Assembly: GCF_018350175.1 (NCBI RefSeq)
Contig: NC_058368.1
Coordinates: forward strand, 217,064,001 to 217,128,000
DNA: 64,000 bases
Source of the DNA: Felis catus
Lineage: Eukaryota
Direction of reading: 5' to 3'
Shown here: one piece after another, positions 38,366 through 50,600 of the stretch
How positions within the stretch are numbered: position 1 is the first letter of the stretch
Layout: every line of letters starts with the position of its first letter
Notes under the pieces: model-generated
Told to the model about the DNA's origin: nothing
Database searches by the model: none
Seen by the model: the letters and a program-made list of their open reading frames with translations, nothing else
Translations under genes and position numbers: made by a program

Positions 38366-38785
38366 TTATGCGCTTGCTTTCTCTTGAGGAAGAGTCATCT
38401 GCTGCGTGTTACTAGGAATAGAAGATGAGCGCTCCCGCCCCCTACAACTTAGTATCATAATCATCAGAGGAAACGACGCAAACACTGGACGGAACAACGC
38501 TTTACTCACACGGGAAAGAGGTAGACCAAGATCAGCTTCAGTAGTGGGCATGTCTCCGGAGTCCAGGGGATTCCCCTGGGCAGCCAACCCAGGGCAATTG
38601 GCCTGCATACACACCTCTTGTGCTACAGCAGAAGGACCTAGTTCCACTCCCTGCAGGGAACAAATACAGCTGGTTGACTAAGTGCCACATGACACACAGG
38701 CTTCAGCAGAACAAAGGGACACTCCTTGAGTCTGAATAAGGTGATAAATCCAGCACAAAGCAATGAGAGCTGTCTCTTGGTAAGG
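38366..38785. promoter_or_regulatory. Putative promoter/enhancer: CpG-retaining segment with X-box-like, GC-box, p53 half-site and kappaB motifs
   Basis: About 10 CpGs in 38366-38560; GTTACTAGGAAT 38408-38419; CCCGCCCC 38434-38441; GGGCATGTCT 38546-38555; GGGGATTCCCC 38566-38576; possible plus-strand donor GTAAGG at 38780. Confidence 0.45.
38510..38650 (-). other. Candidate 141-nt phase 0-0 exon (unknown gene)
   Basis: Acceptor gtatttgttccctgcag, donor CGT|GTGAGT; open frame GVELGPSAVAQEVCMQANCPGLAAQGNPLDSGDMPTTEADLGLPLSR; peptide not recognised. Confidence 0.35.
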
Positions 38786-39864
38786 AAGGGTTCCAGGCCC
38801 AGCACCCATTCTCGTGTGGCTGAAAGAAAGTCAAAAGACTCCACCAATGAGACTGTCTTCCCCAACACCTTCATGGGGATTTTACCTCCTCCATATTTTT
38901 ACCTTAGCACTAAAAATAGAATATAACCTCCACAGAGGACTCCACAGAGAAGTCATTAGATAATGAGAATATGAATCATTCTCTAGTCATTTATAACACA
39001 GAAAAGAGGCCAGAAAACAGAACAGAACAAAACCCTAAAATAGTAAAGAGAAGTCGAGTCAACCCAATTATTTTTATATTAAATGCATACTTGTTATAAA
39101 ATATTGAGTTACCTGATTTATACATCTTGTTTTTACTCTTCCCAAAACTCCTAAGTGTCAGAAAGGTAGGTATTTTTATTGGCACTTCTTTGGAATGAAA
39201 ATTGGAATTTGGATCTCTTCCAACAATGTGTTGGAAACATTTTAACCATAAATTGCTTCTCAGGCCCTTACTCATAGTTACTTGCTTTCAATATCTAAAT
39301 ATTGTACTTTGCTTTCCCAGCATATAGCCTCTATAAAGTAATGAAGTAGAATTTGAAGGTGGTTTCTTAAAATCAAAACCCTGCTTAGTAAAGAGAAAAA
39401 CACTGAATGACAAAAATTAGAAATTTATTTGATCCAACATGGATATATAACAGAAGAATTTCATAACTCAATGGTGTTCAAATAGACGAGGATTTACTTA
39501 ATATGTCCACTTTAATATGGCTTAAAGTAAACATTGTAGTATGGCAGAAAAAAATTAATAACAGCATATCATGATGGAAAATGGATTATGTTCAATAATG
39601 TTGAGTGATAACACAAAATTATATTTTATCTAATACACCACAGTAAAAAATGTTGGCATTTATAGACCAAGCTCTGGATTCACAACTACTTCTTTTAAAT
39701 AAAACCTGCAATTTTTGCAACATGCTACATATTATCAAACATTTATTTTATGCAAAAATTTATAGCTGAATATGTGCACATCTGTATATAGACTATTGTC
39801 TATAGATTGGATTTCAAAATCTATTAGTTTAAGTTTGTCTATTAAAACTTGTAACAATTTCCAA

Positions 39865-40084
39865 GGGGCGCCTGGGTGGCGCAGTCGGTTAAGCGTCCGA
39901 CTTCAGCCAGGTCACGATCTCGCGGTCAGTGAGTTCGAGCCCCGCATCGGGCTCTGGGCTGATGGCTCGGAGCCTGGAGCCTGTTTCCAATTCTGTGTCT
40001 CCCTCTCTCTCTGCCCCTCCCCCGTTCATGCTCTGTCTCTCTCTGTCCCAAAAATAAATAAACGTTGGAAAAATAAAAAAAAAA
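39865..40084 (+). mobile_element. Young SINEC_Fc
   Basis: Perfect 19-bp TSD aaaacttgtaacaatttcc at 39844-39862 and 40085-40103. Confidence 0.95.
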
Positions 40085-41442
40085 AAAACTTGTAACAATT
40101 TCCCTAATGATGAAAATAAAAGATTTCATTGCAAATGTATAGGCAATTGCTCTTATACAAGGGAAGAGTTCAGACTCTTATAAGAAATAGCCTTATTTGA
40201 GATTTTCCTACATAATAGTTAATAATGTATCATGGTTTCTTTATTGTAAGAATGTTCTCCTAGTCATTTATCTCTTGTTTATCATTGCATCTGTAACATC
40301 AAAATCACTCTCCCACAATTACTGAAATCACTGTATATATCTTAATGTAAATCTAGTAGCTACCATTTTTTTGGGTGATTTCAAGTTCATTTTCTTGAAT
40401 AAAATTTACTAGTCCTTATTACATACTAGGAAAGAAACTTTGCATATATATAAATTTCAAATGTACATCTTTTGCCCACAGATATGTAAATTAGCTGTGA
40501 AAAAGCTATTGTCTAAAGTATAACACAAACACATAAACATTAATTGTTGACTCACTAGTAGGATTTCTTGGTCATTAATTGCCTAGTATTTATCTCTGTT
40601 AGTATCTTCATTTAGACATACATAAATATTTACATAGGCATCTGCAATCCAAGTGCAAAATACCATCTATTTAATTGGCAATATATAATTTTGAAACAGT
40701 GAGAAATAATGTGAACAGCTTAAATTTTATTTCTTCTCCAACAAAAGATTACTGAGACGTTACAATCTTAATATTTTGTTAGGAACACAGCAGTTAATAA
40801 GCATTATAATGAGTTACCCTCATGAGTATAGATGAGAAATAAATAGGTCAGCAAACTAAATAAATGGATAGAGTTTTGCTACTGTGTAATGGACTAATAT
40901 GCACCAATGGACACAATTAACATACTAAATATGTTGTAGAGTAAACTTAAAATAGAATGAAATTCATCCTTCTTGAATGCATTCCTTTTTAGGATGAATT
41001 AGCCCTTTTCCCGCTCAGTGGAAGCAGATATAAATTTCTCCCTGTTCTCATTACCCGCTGTCCTTTTCCACTAGCCCAACATCCAAGGCTAGAATGCATT
41101 TTTTTAACTACATGACAAAGACTATATACTGCTAATAATCTAGAGAAATAAATGTACTTCCCTCCAGATATCATTTAACGATTGTTCAAGCATGGCTAAG
41201 ATATGACCCATGAGACTGTAATCTTGCTTACTACCTACTTTTTCTTTGAATGGTACAAGAAACAATCACAGAACAGATTGTCTAAAAAATCTGTCTATAT
41301 CCTTGAAATAACCAGCCATTTCCACAGATGACTTAAATAAGAAGAGATGTAAATTCTTAAGTATGAATTATCTTGGTCATTCATTAAGTCATTCATTTAG
41401 TGAATATTTAGTGAATATATCTGTAATAGTCATCTAATTTCT

Positions 41443-41652
41443 TTTTTTATGTTTATTTATTTTTGAGATAAATAAAGAGAGAGAGCACAAGTGGGGAGGG
41501 GCAGAGAGAGACAGAGGGAGACAGAGTTCAAAGTAGGCTCCAGGCTCCGAGCTGTCAGCACAGAGCCAAAGCAGGGCTTAAACTCACAAGCTGTGAGATC
41601 ATGACCTGAGCTGAAGTTGGACATTCAACCGACTGAGCTACCCCAGGTGCTG
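41443..41652 (-). mobile_element. Can-SINE
   Basis: TSD aata(g/t)tcatctaatttct. Confidence 0.9.
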
Positions 41653-42147
41653 CAATATTCATCTAATTTCTAGTGTTGCAAGAATAAGGGAACAAGATCC
41701 ATGGAAATGCCACTTTTTAAAAATTTTTTAAATTATCTTAAATATCGTCTGTTCATGATGTTTTAAATTATCAATATAATTTTAGATATGAAACACTTTG
41801 TTAAATGTATTCATTCATACCTAGGAATGCTTAGGGAAAAAATGCCTACAAAACCTTCTATTTGCCAAGAATGATGGCAAACACTAGAGATATGGAAGTG
41901 AATTAAAAACAAAAACAAAAACAAAAAATCTTTTCTCTCTGGGAACTTACCATATGGTATGGAAAGAGATATATGATGAATAAATTAAAATTTCATTATA
42001 ATATATGTGGGAAAGTTATGAATTCCATTGAGAAAAGCAGTGCATGTTAATAGAAATGGGTGTGTTAAGAAAATTTCTCTCATCCATTCATTTAGACCTT
42101 CATTCAGACATTCATTCATCACATCAAAATATATAAACCAGTAATCA

Positions 42148-42350
42148 GAGCACGTGAGTGGCTCAGTGTGTTAAGCATCCAACTTTGGCTCAGGTCACGA
42201 TCTCAGGGTTCATGAGTTTGCGTCTTGCATCGGGTTCTGCTCTGACAGTGCAAAGCCTCATTGGGTTTCTCTCTCTCCTCCTCTCTCTGCTCCTTCCCAA
42301 CTCATATGCATGCAATCTCTCTCTCTCTCAAAATAAATAAATCAACTTAA
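42148..42350 (+). mobile_element. Can-SINE
   Basis: Head and tail; TSD aaaatatata..ccagtaa. Confidence 0.85.
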
Positions 42351-42643
42351 AAATATATACCAGTAAATATGCAAAGTACTGAGATATTACAATAAATGAA
42401 ACAGCCAAAGTTCTTTGCCCACACAAAGCTTACAATCCAAAAAGAGGGATAAAATAAATAATTAAAAAAAATAGCATGTTGTAGTGACAGGTGAAAGAAA
42501 ATAAAATAGGAAACTAGGAAAAGGAAAAGGAAATATGTAGAGAAGGGGCATGAGAGGATGGCCATGGGGGTCTCATTGTGAAGATAAGTTGAGTAAAGAT
42601 TTGAATGATGTGTGGGAACTTGCAGGCAGATAAGTGAGGTGGT

Positions 42644-42875
42644 GGGGTGCCTGGGTGGCTCAGTCAGTTAAATTTCTGACTTGATCTCGCTGTTCGTGGG
42701 TTCGAGCCCCCATGGGGCTCTGAGCTGTCAGCCCTGACAGCTGTGCTTCGGATTCTGTGTCTCCCCTCTCTCTCTGTCTCTCTCTCTCTGCCCCTCGCCT
42801 TCCCCTGCTCGTGCTCTGACTCTCTCTCTCTCTCTCAAAAATAAAATAAAATATTAAAAAATGTAAAAAGAAAAT
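42644..42875 (+). mobile_element. Can-SINE
   Basis: TSD gataa(g/a)tgaggtgg. Confidence 0.85.
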
Positions 42876-43003
42876 GATAAATGAGGTGGAAGGAGAGTAC
42901 ATACCTTTAATGTTCAAAGAATAGCAAGGCAGCCAGACTGGCCGATGTAAAGATCTGTAGAAGTAAGAGAAGATGGTATGAGAGGTAAATGATTATGTGA
43001 CGA

Positions 43004-43478
43004 ATGTTTATTTCCTACGGCTGTCGTAACAAATTAACAGAAATGAGGGGCTTCATCCAAAACAAATCTCTTACAGTTTTGGAGGTCAGAAGTATAACAT
43101 TAAGGTGTGGGCAGGGTTGCATTCCTCCTGGATGCTTCAGGAGAGAACCTACTTTGCACTATTTCCAATTCCTGGAAGCTGACAGCATCCCTTGGCTCAT
43201 GGCCTCTTTCCTGCTTCACTTCAACGTTTTGCTTCATGCCAAACTATTGTTTCCACTATTGCCTTTACTTTTGATTGACTCTTCATCTGTTCCTTTTATC
43301 AGGAGCTGTGTGATCACACTGGCACACAAGATTATCCAGAATAATCGCTCATCTCAAAATCCTTAACATGATCACATCTGGAAAGAGTCCTCTGTAATAT
43401 AAGATAATATTCACAGGTTTGAGGTGGTAGGATACGGACATTTTTCAAGGGTGTTTCAGTATTGCTCAGCCTATCACA
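43004..43478 (-). mobile_element. MaLR LTR (MLT1C-like)
   Basis: ggctgtcgtaacaaatta...tcttacagttttggaggtcagaagt...cagcctatcaca. Confidence 0.75.
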
Positions 43479-45076
43479 TGGGTTCTTATAGTTCATAATA
43501 TATTTTCACCTTTTGCTTAGAGTACTCTTTATATACAGGGATTAGGGAATGCCGTTTGGCAATGTAACATGATAGAGATAAGGAATGAAGCCACACGGAT
43601 GTCTGGAGGGAAACTGTCAGGCATAGAAAACATCAAGGCAAAGAAACAGGTGTGAGTCTTACTCTAAGCTGAGAAACGGCAGTGTGGCTGGAACACAGTA
43701 AGCTAGTTGGAGAACGGTAGAGGTAGAAATTATAAAGGTAGATATAGTAGAAATCTGGACAGAAGGCTTTACAGACCATTTCAGGAGGCCTGGATTTTAC
43801 TCTCTGGATTTACTTATACCAAGTATAAATGGTATTGTAAGCCATAAATTAAAGAGATCTTGAAGAGAATGAATGCAATCAGAGAGAAGGAAAGTTCTTT
43901 AGCTGAGTTAGAGAATTCCAAAGTGTGAAGGCTGGGAAATTAAGGAAGAACCGTCAAAACAGACAAGACAGAATAACCACAGGGTAAGGAAGAACCAGGA
44001 CTTAGAAGAATTTAGAAGAAAAGTGAAGAAAGTGCCTCAAGACAGTGGGGGAGGTGAGCACTTATTTCGATCATTGCTGAGAGTTTAAAGAAAATAACTG
44101 AGAGCTATTTTCAGACAGATTAATTCTGGAAGATGTCACATGTGGGAGAAATGGGCAGGAAGATCAACATCTATGTGCCTTTCCTACCTCTGGACAAATC
44201 CTGATCTTCCTCAAGGAAAGAGTAATTGATGAAATTCCCAGCACTAATTTAGCAGTGGAATGAGATAAATTTCCTCCTCTCTACCCACTCCATCATCCTG
44301 ACATTCTCTTCCACGGACATTTATCCAGTTGTCTCTTAACGACCAATGGGCCCCTGGGAGACGCGAGACTTACCACGTGAGGATGGGGATCAAGGAAGGA
44401 GGAAGACTTCCAGCAACGAAGTCACCAGTTAGAGATGATATTTGCTACAGCTGGGAAGAAGATGAATTGTTCTCCCATCTTCAAGAAGGAAAGCACCTCT
44501 GGGCTCCAGGATTTCCCACCACTAAGTCTCTCTCTAAATACATTCATACATGAATTTTACGCAAACATATCTGTGTGAACTTGTTTGTGTAAAACCGATC
44601 AGTTCTATTTTATTTCACAGAAAAGAGCTCTTCTCTTGAATGAAATAGGATTTACTTTTCATAAAAATAAAAAAAAAATCTGTTAAGTAGTAAAGGCCTC
44701 ATAAAATGTATAGTGGTCGAAACCCAGTGCTATAACCTTTGAAGGAAAATCCCCATAAGAACTGCTCTACTTTGCCACCTACCCTCCTTGGATGTACTGC
44801 ATATTTATAAGCTCAGTGAAACTGAGTCACATAAGTCCAAAATATTAGACTCCACATAACTATTTGCATTATCTATATTTGCTATATCTATACCGAGTAG
44901 AACTATTTGCTGTAAGTAAATTTGCTACATATCTGCAAATCATAATAGCACCAAATAGCAATGGCTCTTGTTAAAAACTAAGTAAATTTATATAAGTTTA
45001 AATGATAAAACCCTTTAAATTATAATATGTTATTCAAACATCAAAATACTGCCCCTCATTTAAGAGAACGAGCAAG

Positions 45077-45251
45077 GGGCGCCTGGATGGCTCAGCCGGT
45101 TAAGCGTCCGACTTCGGCTCAGGTCATGATCTTGTGGTCCGTGGGTTTGAGTCCCTGTTTCTGATTCTGTGTCTCCCTCTTTCTCTGATCCTCCCCTGTT
45201 CATGCTCTCTCTCTCTGTCTCAAAAACAAGTAAATGGTAAAAAAATAAAAA
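45077..45251 (+). mobile_element. Felid Can-SINE with internal deletion
   Basis: TSD taagagaacgagcaag at 45061-45076 and 45252-45267; lacks the ggctctgtgctgacagctcagagcctgg segment after ~45153. Confidence 0.9.
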
Positions 45252-46354
45252 TAAGAGAACGAGCAAGTATTTAATATTTTAATTTTGATACTTTAAACTT
45301 TTTTTAAACAGCAAATCAAATTACAAAACAAATATTTTCCTTAAATTCTTAACTTACATATTCTTGTAACTCAGGAAATTAAAAATATGAGTCTCCCTTT
45401 AAAGAATCTGATAAAAGGGTTGGCTGTTCCCCTGAGAAAATGGTGCATTCACACAAAATTCTATGTGCAATTACACGGTTAATATATTCCTCTGAAATCC
45501 AACACCAGATCCTCTCCAGGAGCTCTATCCCTCCATAGGCTCCAGTTAAAACCTCCTGACTCGATTTTATTTGCCTCATATGTTTAATGTAAATGATTTT
45601 CTTTAGAGAAAAATTTAGACGTTCTCCCACAATTAATATGCATTGCCTTTAGCATACTTTCTTTTTATTCCTAGGAAAGGAAGAATATTTGAGGACATAA
45701 AACTTAGTGGAAAGCATTGTTTTGTTTATTACTCATCGTATCTTCTTGAGATTAGTTTTGTAAATCAATATATCTGCACCAGAAAATGTATCTGTGTTTA
45801 TTGTAAATCAATACACTGAAAAAATGTATGTTGTTTAAATGCTGATATCCAAAGCCTCAATGCATCTGCCTATTTTGAAGTATTAGGATATTATGAGTAC
45901 ATTAAAAAAAATTTAGTGCATTAATGTAAAGTAAAACTGAAAGGAAATATTGATTTTTTTAAAGTTCAGGTTTATTAAATAGCCTTGGGAAAATGTAAGA
46001 TCCAGTAATATAATATTTATGAATTAAAGTATAATGGAAACTGATATCTACTAAATTTTTATATTGTGGTTATATCCATTTTACAGTGTAAGAGCTTGCA
46101 ACATGATTAGTAAAACAAAGACAAAGACTGAGTGGAAAAGTCAGAATTGCTTATTATATGAAGCATTCAATCACACTTGGAATTATATTTTCTTTCACTG
46201 AAAATTTTTGAAAGAGACAAATATATGTTTTTAATTCTTGAAATGTAAACATTCACATTACGTTTTCTTTTATCCTTGAAAACAAGGAAACTCAGCCAAA
46301 CATTAATATTTGATAACATTGAAAAACATGTTCCCCAAAAAGGATATGCAATTA

Positions 46355-46511
46355 ATATATGTGTGTGTGTTTATACATATATGTGTATATATATGTGTAC
46401 ATATATATGTACATATAACATATGTGTACACATACATATATATGTATGTATATATGTATGTATATATACACATATGTATACATATGCACATACACACATG
46501 CACACACACAA
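46355..46511. repeat. (TA/TG/CA) low-complexity tract
   Basis: Direct reading. Confidence 0.85.
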
Positions 46512-47699
46512 ATAACTTTTAGTTGATAATGCCTAGAACTTTAAAAAAAAAGAAAACTACAAAACAGGAATATTTATATACTGATTTGTTGGTACTCAGA
46601 TTTCTATGAATATCTGTTAACCTTGTAGAAGAGATCTTTAAGACTGCATCGTGACTTTAAAAACTTACAGAATGAACCCTTTCATGCAGATGATTTTTGA
46701 TGATTTCACAAGGACAAATTTTAGTCATTTAAAATTCATCAGTAGCATCTTCCTAAGATCCATCAATAGTGTGGTGAAGCAATGAATTCATTTAAAATGA
46801 ACTAATCATAAAATCACACCATGATGAAATATATGTCTCAGAATGGCATACCCACACTTTATTTAAATGAAGCACAGTCATCCAGAGTCACTAAAGGTGC
46901 TTAGTTTCTGAGATGAAAATTGGATTTAAATCTAAATATCCTTATTTACTACATTGATTCAAATATAATGATAAGTCAAATATAATGATAAGAACATGAA
47001 TCAATAAATACACAAACAATAAAGTCCAACAGAATGCTAAAAAAGGATAAGAATATGGAAAGAAAAATTTCCTCAAAATAGCTAAAATTATAATGAAACT
47101 CTAGTATGATGTTGGTAAAAGAGTAAACAAAGAGACAAAGGGAATAGGAAAAAAAAGAAGAAGATTTAGTCATTTTAACCTCTAAATCTGCTATTTACTC
47201 AAGAAGCATTACAAATGCATTAGGAAATTCATTCAATAACTGTTATTAGAAAATTAGTTATCCATGGTGAGAAAATAAAGTTAGAGCCACTCATACAAAT
47301 AAAACAACATTTCCAGATAAATTAATGACATAAATGTTTAAATGAAAATTCTTCAAGTGATATCTAGAAAACGGATACTATATTTGTGATATTGAGTAGA
47401 ATAGAAATTGTTTAAAAAATGAAAGCAAAAAGATTAAAATAAAGATTGAGATAATTAGTTCTATATTAAATACTGTTTCCCTGAACAACAAAAGATAAAA
47501 TAGGTAAGGTTAAAATATAAATCACAAACTGAGGGAAGATGTTTCAAAACATATAACTGAAAAGGTACTATTATCCAAAATACATTATAGAATTCAGGCA
47601 AAGCAATAATAATTTTAACAACTCAAAAATATACAAAGGATAAAATAAAACACAAAGGTGAACGTTCTAAATTCTTAATGATGTGAAAAGAGGTTGAAT

Positions 47700-50600
47700 T
47701 TCTTTCCTTTTAATTCCAGTTAATTAACGTACGTATGTTTTCTATTAGTTTCAGGTGTAAAATAGAGCGATTCAAACATCTATACATTACCTGCTTCTCA
47801 TCAAGAGAAGTATATTCTTAATCCCCTTCACCTGTTTCACCGATCCCCCACCAACCTCCACTTTGTTAACTGTTTGTTCTCTACAGGTAAGAGTCTGTTT
47901 TTCCATTTGTCTCTTTCCTCCCACCCCACTTTGTTTGTTGGTTTTGTATCTTAAATTCCACATGAGTGAAATAATATGGTGTCTTTCTCTTACTGACTTA
48001 TTTCACTTAGCATTGTATTCTAGACCTATCCATTTGTTGAAATGGCAAGACTTCATTCTTCTAATATTCATATAATATATATTATATATTAATTATATTA
48101 TAATTATGTATCATATATATAATCTTTAAACATCATCTATCAATGGACACTGGGGTGGCTTCTATAATTTGGCTATTGTAAACAATGCTGAAATAAACAA
48201 AAGGGTACATACATCCCTTCGAGTTAATGTTTTTGTATTATTTGGGTGAATATCCATTAGTGCAATTACTGGACTTAGAGTGGTTCTATTTTTAATTTTT
48301 TGAAGAACCTCTGTACTGTCTTCTGCACTGGCCATAACAGTTTGCATTCCCACCAGTAGTGCACAAGGGTTTTCTTTGTCTCCACATCCTCACCTATAGT
48401 TGTTTTTTCCTGTGTTTTTGATTTTAGCCATTCTGACAGGTATGAAGGGATATCTTTTCGTGGTTTTAATTTGCATTTCCCTGATGAGGAGTGATGTTGA
48501 GCTTCTTTTATGTGTCTGTTTATTATGTATATCTTCTTTGGAGAAATAACCGTTCATGTCTTCTGCCCATTTTTTAATTGGATTATTTGCTTTTTTGGTG
48601 TTGAGTTGTATATGTATATATATATTTTGGATACTAACCTTTTATAAGATATGTCATTTGCAAATATCTTCTATTCATCAAGTTATCTTCTAGTGTTGTT
48701 GGTTGTTTCCCTTGCTGTGCAGAGCTTTTTTGTTTGGATGAAGTCTCAATACTGTATTTTTGCTTTTGTTCCCCTTGCCTTAGGAGACATATCTGGAAGG
48801 ATGTTGCTACAACCAATGTCAGAGGAATGACTGCCTGTGCTCTCTTTTAGGGTTTTTATAGTTTCAGGTCTCACACTTAGGTCCTTAATCCAATTTGAGT
48901 TTATTTTTGTACATGATGTAAGAAAGTGACCTGGTCATTCTTTTGCCTATAACTGTTCAGTTTTCCCAACACTATTTGTTGAAAAGACTATGTTTTCCCA
49001 CTGCATATTCTTTCTTTCTTTGTTGAAGACTCATTGACCATATAAGTGTGGGTTTATCTGGGCTTTCTAATCTGTTCCATTGATCTATGTGTCTATTTTT
49101 GTGCCAGTACCATACTGTTTTGATCACTACAGCTTTGTAATATACCTTGAAGTCTAGAATTGTGAGACCTCCAGTTTTGTTTTTCTTTCTCAAGATTGGT
49201 TTGGCTATTCGGTGTCTTTTGTGGTTCCATACATATTTTAGGACTGTTTATTCTAGTTCTGTGAAAATGGCGTTCATATTTTTATAGGTATTGCGATAAA
49301 TCTGCAGATTGCTTTGAACAGTCTAGACCTCTTAACAATTTTAATATGCTTAAATTGTTTAATAATTTAACAGTATTTGTTCTTCCAATCCATGAGCATG
49401 GAATGTCTTTCCAATTCTTTGTGTCTTCTTAAACTTCTTTCATCAAAGTTTTATAATTTTCAGAGTACAGATCTTTCACTTCTATGGTTAGTTTTATTCC
49501 TGTTTCTTAGTGTTTTTGGCGAAATTGTAAATAGGATTGTTTTGTTAATTTCTCTTTCTGCTGCTTCATTATCAGTGTATAGAAATGCAACGATTTTTGT
49601 ACATTGATTTTATATCCTGTGATATTGCCCAATTTATGTATCAGTTCAAGTAATTTTTCGGTACAGTCTTTAGGGTTTTCTATATCTCTTATCATGTCAT
49701 CTGCAAATATTGAAGTAAATTACCTCTTCCTTACCAAATTACCTCTTCCTTACCAATTTGGATGTGTGTGTGTGTGTGTTTTCTTTTTGTTGTCTGATTG
49801 TTGTGTCTAAGAGTGAGAGTGGATCCTTGTCTTGTTCCTGACCTTAGAGGAAAACCTGTGAGTTTTTCCTATAAAGCCTTTATTATTTTGAGGGATGTTC
49901 CCTCTAAACCTACTTTGTTGAGGATTTTCAACATGAACGGATGTTGTAGGCTATCACATGCTTTTTCTGCACCTATTGAAATGATCACATGGTTTTTATT
50001 CCTTCTCTTATTGATGTGATGTACCACATTGATCGATTTGGGAATATTGAACCACCTTTGCAACCCAGGAACAAATTCCACTTAATCATGATGAATGCTT
50101 TTTTAAATGTTTTGGTGGATTTGATTTGCTAATATTTTCCCGAGCATTTTTGCATCTCTGTTTATCAGAAGTATTGGCATGTGGTTCTCTTTTTTTCTGT
50201 AGTGTCTTTACCTGCTGTTGGTTTTAAGGTGATGCTGGCTTCACAGAATGAATTAGGAAGTTTTACTCAGTCTTCTAATTTTTGGAAAAGTTTGAGAAGA
50301 ATAGGTATTAACTCTCCTTGAGCTGTTTCTTAAAATTCTCCTGAGAAGCCATCTGGTCCTGGATTTTTGTTTGTTGGAAGTTTTTGATTACTGATTCAAT
50401 TTCATTGCTGGTAATCAGTCTGTTCAAAATTTCTATTTTTTCCTGCTTCAGTCATGGTAAGTTATATGTTTGGAGGAATTTATCTTTTTCTTCTAATTGT
50501 CCAATTTGTTGGCATATAATGTCTCATAATGTTGTCTTACAATCATTTGTATTCCCGTGATGTGGATTGTGATGTTGTTTATTTGAGTCTTGCTGTCTCT

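Noticed and set aside
44374..44450. Minus-strand exon-like segment ending GTG|GTAAGT
   Set aside because: From the best acceptor all three frames contain stops, and it does not join in frame to the 38650 candidate; a non-coding exon cannot be excluded
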